64,000 nt of DNA, taken from NCBI GenBank assembly GCA_964658305.1, contig OZ210885.1, forward strand, positions 24,366,001 through 24,430,000, read 5' to 3'. Within the stretch, counting starts at the first letter, position 1; the number at the start of each line of letters is the position of its first letter. Source of the DNA: Leptogorgia sarmentosa (taxonomy: Eukaryota). Shown here in pieces: positions 60,046 to 64,000 of this stretch. Under the pieces are notes generated by a model. It was not told where the DNA came from. It did not search any database and saw nothing but the letters and a program-made list of their open reading frames with translations. A program made the position numbers and the translations under genes.

Positions 60046-62035
60046 TAAGTTGACTTCATGGATATTCCTTATTTCGCTGTAGATAATCTAATAAATATTG
60101 ATGACTGAATGTTTAGACATTTTCACGTTTGGAAATTCAAAATTTTCTCGCCAAACTAAATTTTAGAGCTGCCCCTTTTAGGATTTAGAACTACCCATTT
60201 TCCAATTAGGACTGCCCATTTTGGAAATGGGAGGCCTTAGGATGACCCCTGGTTATAACTTTTGAATTTTAAGAAAAGATGAAGATAACCTATTATATTA
60301 GATACCTTGTAGTCACTTTTCAAATAACGTTTGGCAGTTTTCAATTTGCTATTCAAGTCCTTCACCCAAGTGTGACCTCGCCCATATTCATGGCCTAGCT
60401 TCTCAATTACTTCTTGAACGTCATCGAAGGCTTTTGCACCATCCGCAGTAAAGTAGTCCAGTCCTTGCAATGATTTCCTGATAGAAGCACCGCATACATT
60501 CAAAATTCTGCATAGAGTACTGCGGCTCATAGGGTCGAATCCAATGTCTTGGCAATAGCTCTGGTATTGCTGCACCACCTGTTCAGGTACAAGGGTGCGA
60601 ATAACATTGGGAACTGTAATTTTCGTACCACTAGATAGCTTCACAGTCTTTTCTCCAAATGGCAAATCTTGGATGATTTGACTGCTGGTGATAAACGTTA
60701 AAAAATGGTCAAGTTTCTCAGCTGAGATTCGGACACGTGTGGCCTTTCCAATGGCAACTGGAGAACCCCGCCCATGCAGCAATATGTGTTGGCGCGCCAC
60801 GTTGAACCTGTATCTGGTGAGTCCAGGAATCCAACATTTTAGGATTGAAAAAGGGACTTTGTCGGCCATGATTGATAAGATCTGCCTTCTTGTGCTCCAG
60901 TGACTTGCATCATTGTAACACTCGACAAGGGATTCCATTAGAGTCTTATCAACGCTCCTGATGTCTTCTGCAGTAGATTGCACCGATTGAAGCAACATTT
61001 CCGAGCTGGTTGGGGCAATTTCCTCTAAAACTGCAAAGACAACTTGTGTTGCTTTACGGACATGGCGTCACTTGGTTCTCTGTGACGCTTCTTCCCAAGG
61101 CACGGTCATTTGTGCTCTTATGGGGCTTACGTCCCTTGCAGCAAGAAACGAATTAAGAAGATCTCTCGGGATTTGTTCTGTTTCTGTTAGAAGCGAGAAA
61201 TCAGATGGCGTATAAGTTGTGGATGGGCTGTCAAATGCGGCAACATTTTGCGCATAGTGCAATTTTGGACTCTTTTCAGCAGATGCACAGGTGACGTCTT
61301 CGTCCTGTTAAATTTAAATCACAAGAAGAATGACGTTGTAGAATTTACTAAAAAAAATACATAAATTACTAACCACAGCGTGATCTGCTATCACACTCAC
61401 TAGTCACTATCATATTTTTACCAATGCTAACTTTTCCATTTCTTCTCCCAAAGCTTGTACCACTGACTCTGATGTCCCATTTTCTAAGTCCTTCATTACT
61501 CCCCGGCACTTTTTGCAAATACCTGAAATAGTAATGGATATACGTATAATTATACACGCTTTCCGCACTAGACAATGAAAGAAATACCTGATCGAGAAGA
61601 CAAATAGAGTTATGTACCTGATCCAGGGGCGATAAACACGCCTGTATTACACAATATATTTTTCGACTCCTGCTTCCATATACCTCGATCGCCTTTTGGC
61701 CACGTATCTCTGGATTTGCCATGACCTGAAATCGCCTGCGGAACCCTGCACCTAGTACTACCGCCTCTTGTCCAACTTATGCCTAGGACTGCACGGTGAT
61801 GGGGACAGATTGTCATTGACTCGATGCTTTCTCTGGGCTTATCAAACCACGCCACTCGAGACAAAATGAGATCAATCTCATCCTTAACCCCCGAAAAGCT
61901 ATGTGAGGACAAGTGCCTCGAGATATCCTTTGAACATGACAGTAAAGGAATAATTTGGGTCTGGCGTTTTCGATCCTTGGCATCGAAACCGCAAGAACTA
62001 CCGACAACAGACTTAAACGAACAAGATAATTCCAT
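57851..62035 (-). pseudogene. Sola3 DDD transposase, 4 exons (62035-61618, ~61522-61422, ~61305-60306, 59812-57851), one in-frame TGA at 61068-61070
   Basis: SLQGLDY, YLKSDYK|VHV, DWAMKFLP...WFGKRGISWH, RQDNAGCYH, QGGKGACDR, C2H2 finger CPENGC...HLDFGKH, GWALK. Confidence 0.85.
59843..60251. mobile_element. hAT-type MITE in the Sola3 intron
   Basis: CAGGGGTCATCCTA...TAGGATGACCCCTG; 8-bp TSD gttatacc/gttataac. Confidence 0.8.
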
Positions 62036-64000
62036 TATTGATAACTGCTTCCATCAAATGCTGCTCACTTCTATTGTGGGGTCCAATTTGACTGCAGTTT
62101 GTGACTGGAGTGCTGACTTGGCCTATTTTAATAGCTTATTTGGCTCATTAAATTAATTAGTAATAACTTACATTCTTCTTTGCTGTTTGTTTACTTTAAT
62201 AATATATCGCGATATTCGTTAGATCGGTAGTAAATATACGAATATTATTTGCAATCATGTCGAATTGTGAAGTTAAGATAATGCTGGGAATATTAAAGAT
62301 GATTACAATCGGTTTTTACTTCGTTTGGTATAATTTATACAGCATAAGCACCGCGGGCAGTAGTATTATTAATATCGTTATTTGTTTATATTACTTACAA
62401 TCGTCGGTCTGTTTATATATGACGTTGTCGTGCTGAGCTTTTCCCGACTTTTATGCAAATTTAACATAATGGGAGCACTCAGAATAATTTAAGACATGGC
62501 GTAGAAGTGTATTTTAATATCGAAAGTAGAAAGTGACTTGATATGCAAAATGAGAAAGGTGACCTTGCAAGGTCAAAAAACTTGACAATTGATTGATCTG
62601 TAATTCCGCACCTATTTATTTGCCCAACGAAAATTTTATATCATTTGAAAGCCAGAAACGTAGAGAGTAAACAGTGGTAATCTTAAATAATTTCAAGCTT
62701 TATCGCATGTTTAAAAATTTCGTCGAATGTTGGGCAGCTTTTGTGGAGTAAGAATATATTTCTGAAAGTAAAGATTATTTAGAGTGCAACTCGTAGGTCT
62801 AATTTCCTAAAAATATGTATACTGAATAATTACTTATCAAGGAAAACGTTTCAGGCAATTTTAACTGAGTACGAGTAAATTTTAGTAACAAATTTTGCCT
62901 CCCAAAAATCATGCATATTTTGCAACTAAAATGGCAATTTCGAAGGGGTCGCTGTAAATCCTTGTTTTCTCAAAAATAAGCAAACGCAGGACTTCGTAGA
63001 GTATATAGCACATCTCAAGACACATTAGGCTACGTATGGAAAAGAAATGAGCGAAATCGATTTTTGAGCTTTGGCCACTTATTGTTCGATTTTTGTGGAC
63101 ATTCACTCTTAATTACTTAATAGTTAATATATAGCACCGAACAGTGAACACAACGGAGACATTGTTGAGAGATTCGTGACGAGGGGGGAAAGGAGATTAG
63201 GCAGATTACGATCAGAGGGAAGAGAGCGAACGTTAAGATATATACCATAAATACAAAACCTCAATTTCTACCGAACTATTGGCTCATCAATTTAAAGAAG
63301 ACAGAGAGGAGACCAAAGTAAGCCTAAATATAGATATTGTTCAATCCGTTAGCGAATTTAAAATATACCACAAATTAAGGAACAGATGTTAGCATCACGA
63401 ACGCTACGTACATTATAGTATAGTCATATAACCTTTATATATCCTGTTTAGCCATAAATTTATCATAGTTCATTTTCCTACTCTAGTTCGAACTCGCACA
63501 ATCGATAGCTACTTGTAACCGAATTGATATCTCGAAATAATTAAAGTCTACCGAAACACTGATCTGAAATAGTCTATTGTCCAGCGAAGTTTGAAACCCT
63601 CACGCGATCAAAAGAGCCATCACCCCTGTAGGCCCAAACGAAGCCGTCAAGAAATCTAAATCAAGCCTACAAGACCTATTTACAGGGATACCAGAGCACA
63701 TTTACCACTACCCAGATGAATATGGTGGGGAAAGGTGTGGGCTTGCCCTCACCGATGAACAACTCCAAGAAGTGGCAGAAGTATCAGGTATTCTTGATGG
63801 CACCAACGACTATTTAGATGAAGCGTTCCGTAATGAATGTGAAAGACATATTCCTAATACTGATGATATTGAACCATCGCAAGCTGCAAATGCATATTTA
63901 TATTTAAAAGCAAACTTTGATGAAACCAGACTGTAATAGTCCATTTTTTACATTTTATTGATGCTTAAACTGAACATGAAGAAAACTCATAAAGACCAAT

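Larger units (their letters stand above)
53249..63108 (-). mobile_element. Sola3-type DNA transposon with about 0.9-kb TIRs, inserted in the BEL 3' LTR
   Basis: TTAA|GAG...CTC|TTAA; 53249-~54175 is the imperfect reverse complement of ~62195-63108. Confidence 0.88.
50800..63671 (+). mobile_element. BEL/Pao LTR retrotransposon, internally deleted
   Basis: TG...CA ends; 5-bp TSD AGACC (50795-50799, 63672-63676); 5' LTR 50800-51387; PPT-like aaggggccggaa 53206-53217; 3' LTR 53218-53248 + 63113-63671. Confidence 0.93.
49256..63936 (+). pseudogene. Second IS3EU-type transposase (spliced), interrupted by the BEL element; probable left terminus TATGG at 48950
   Basis: WSERTLSRRL, GYRAM, SMDGHDKL, RVDRGTE, STQNKIERWW, WNNHRIR. 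The frame RDKD|LFTGIPEHIY...ETRL* is restored across the AGACC TSD (last part 63677-63936). Confidence 0.85.

Noticed and set aside
1..64000. Numerous 60-180 aa ORFs antisense to or overlapping TE genes or TIRs; tRNA/rRNA genes
   Set aside because: Shadow frames without recognisable motifs; no tRNA or rRNA structure recognised

Overview
AT-rich eukaryotic genomic DNA with spliceosomal GT-AG introns; the repeat families suggest a marine invertebrate, probably a cnidarian (inference). I find no ordinary host gene: the window is almost entirely nested transposable elements, most resolvable to their termini and target-site duplications (TSDs). From left to right: a Sola3-like remnant; a Kolobok-type two-gene element (transposase plus a CXC/P2X7-ballast-like protein); and a 23-kb Harbinger-type shell with a Myb/SANT gene. 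The shell holds a DIRS retrotransposon (split by a PHD-FLYWCH-MULE transposon), a second Kolobok, an IS3EU-type element carrying a UBZ+HECT gene, and hAT and Tc1/mariner derivatives. Then come a decayed OTU protease, an apparently intact Harbinger, a DIRS/Ngaro gag remnant, a THAP-DDE (ISL2EU-like) transposase, Penelope sequences with hammerhead ribozyme cores, and a USP-like fragment. The window ends with a second IS3EU transposase split by an integrase-only BEL/Pao element, whose 3' LTR is split by a 9.9-kb Sola3 with a 3.3-kb tandem duplication. Most notable: ubiquitin-system domains among the transposons (HECT/UBZ, OTU, USP-like, UIM-like), the hammerhead palindrome and the integrase-only LTR element. 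All family and domain calls come from reading motifs by eye; no database search was run.
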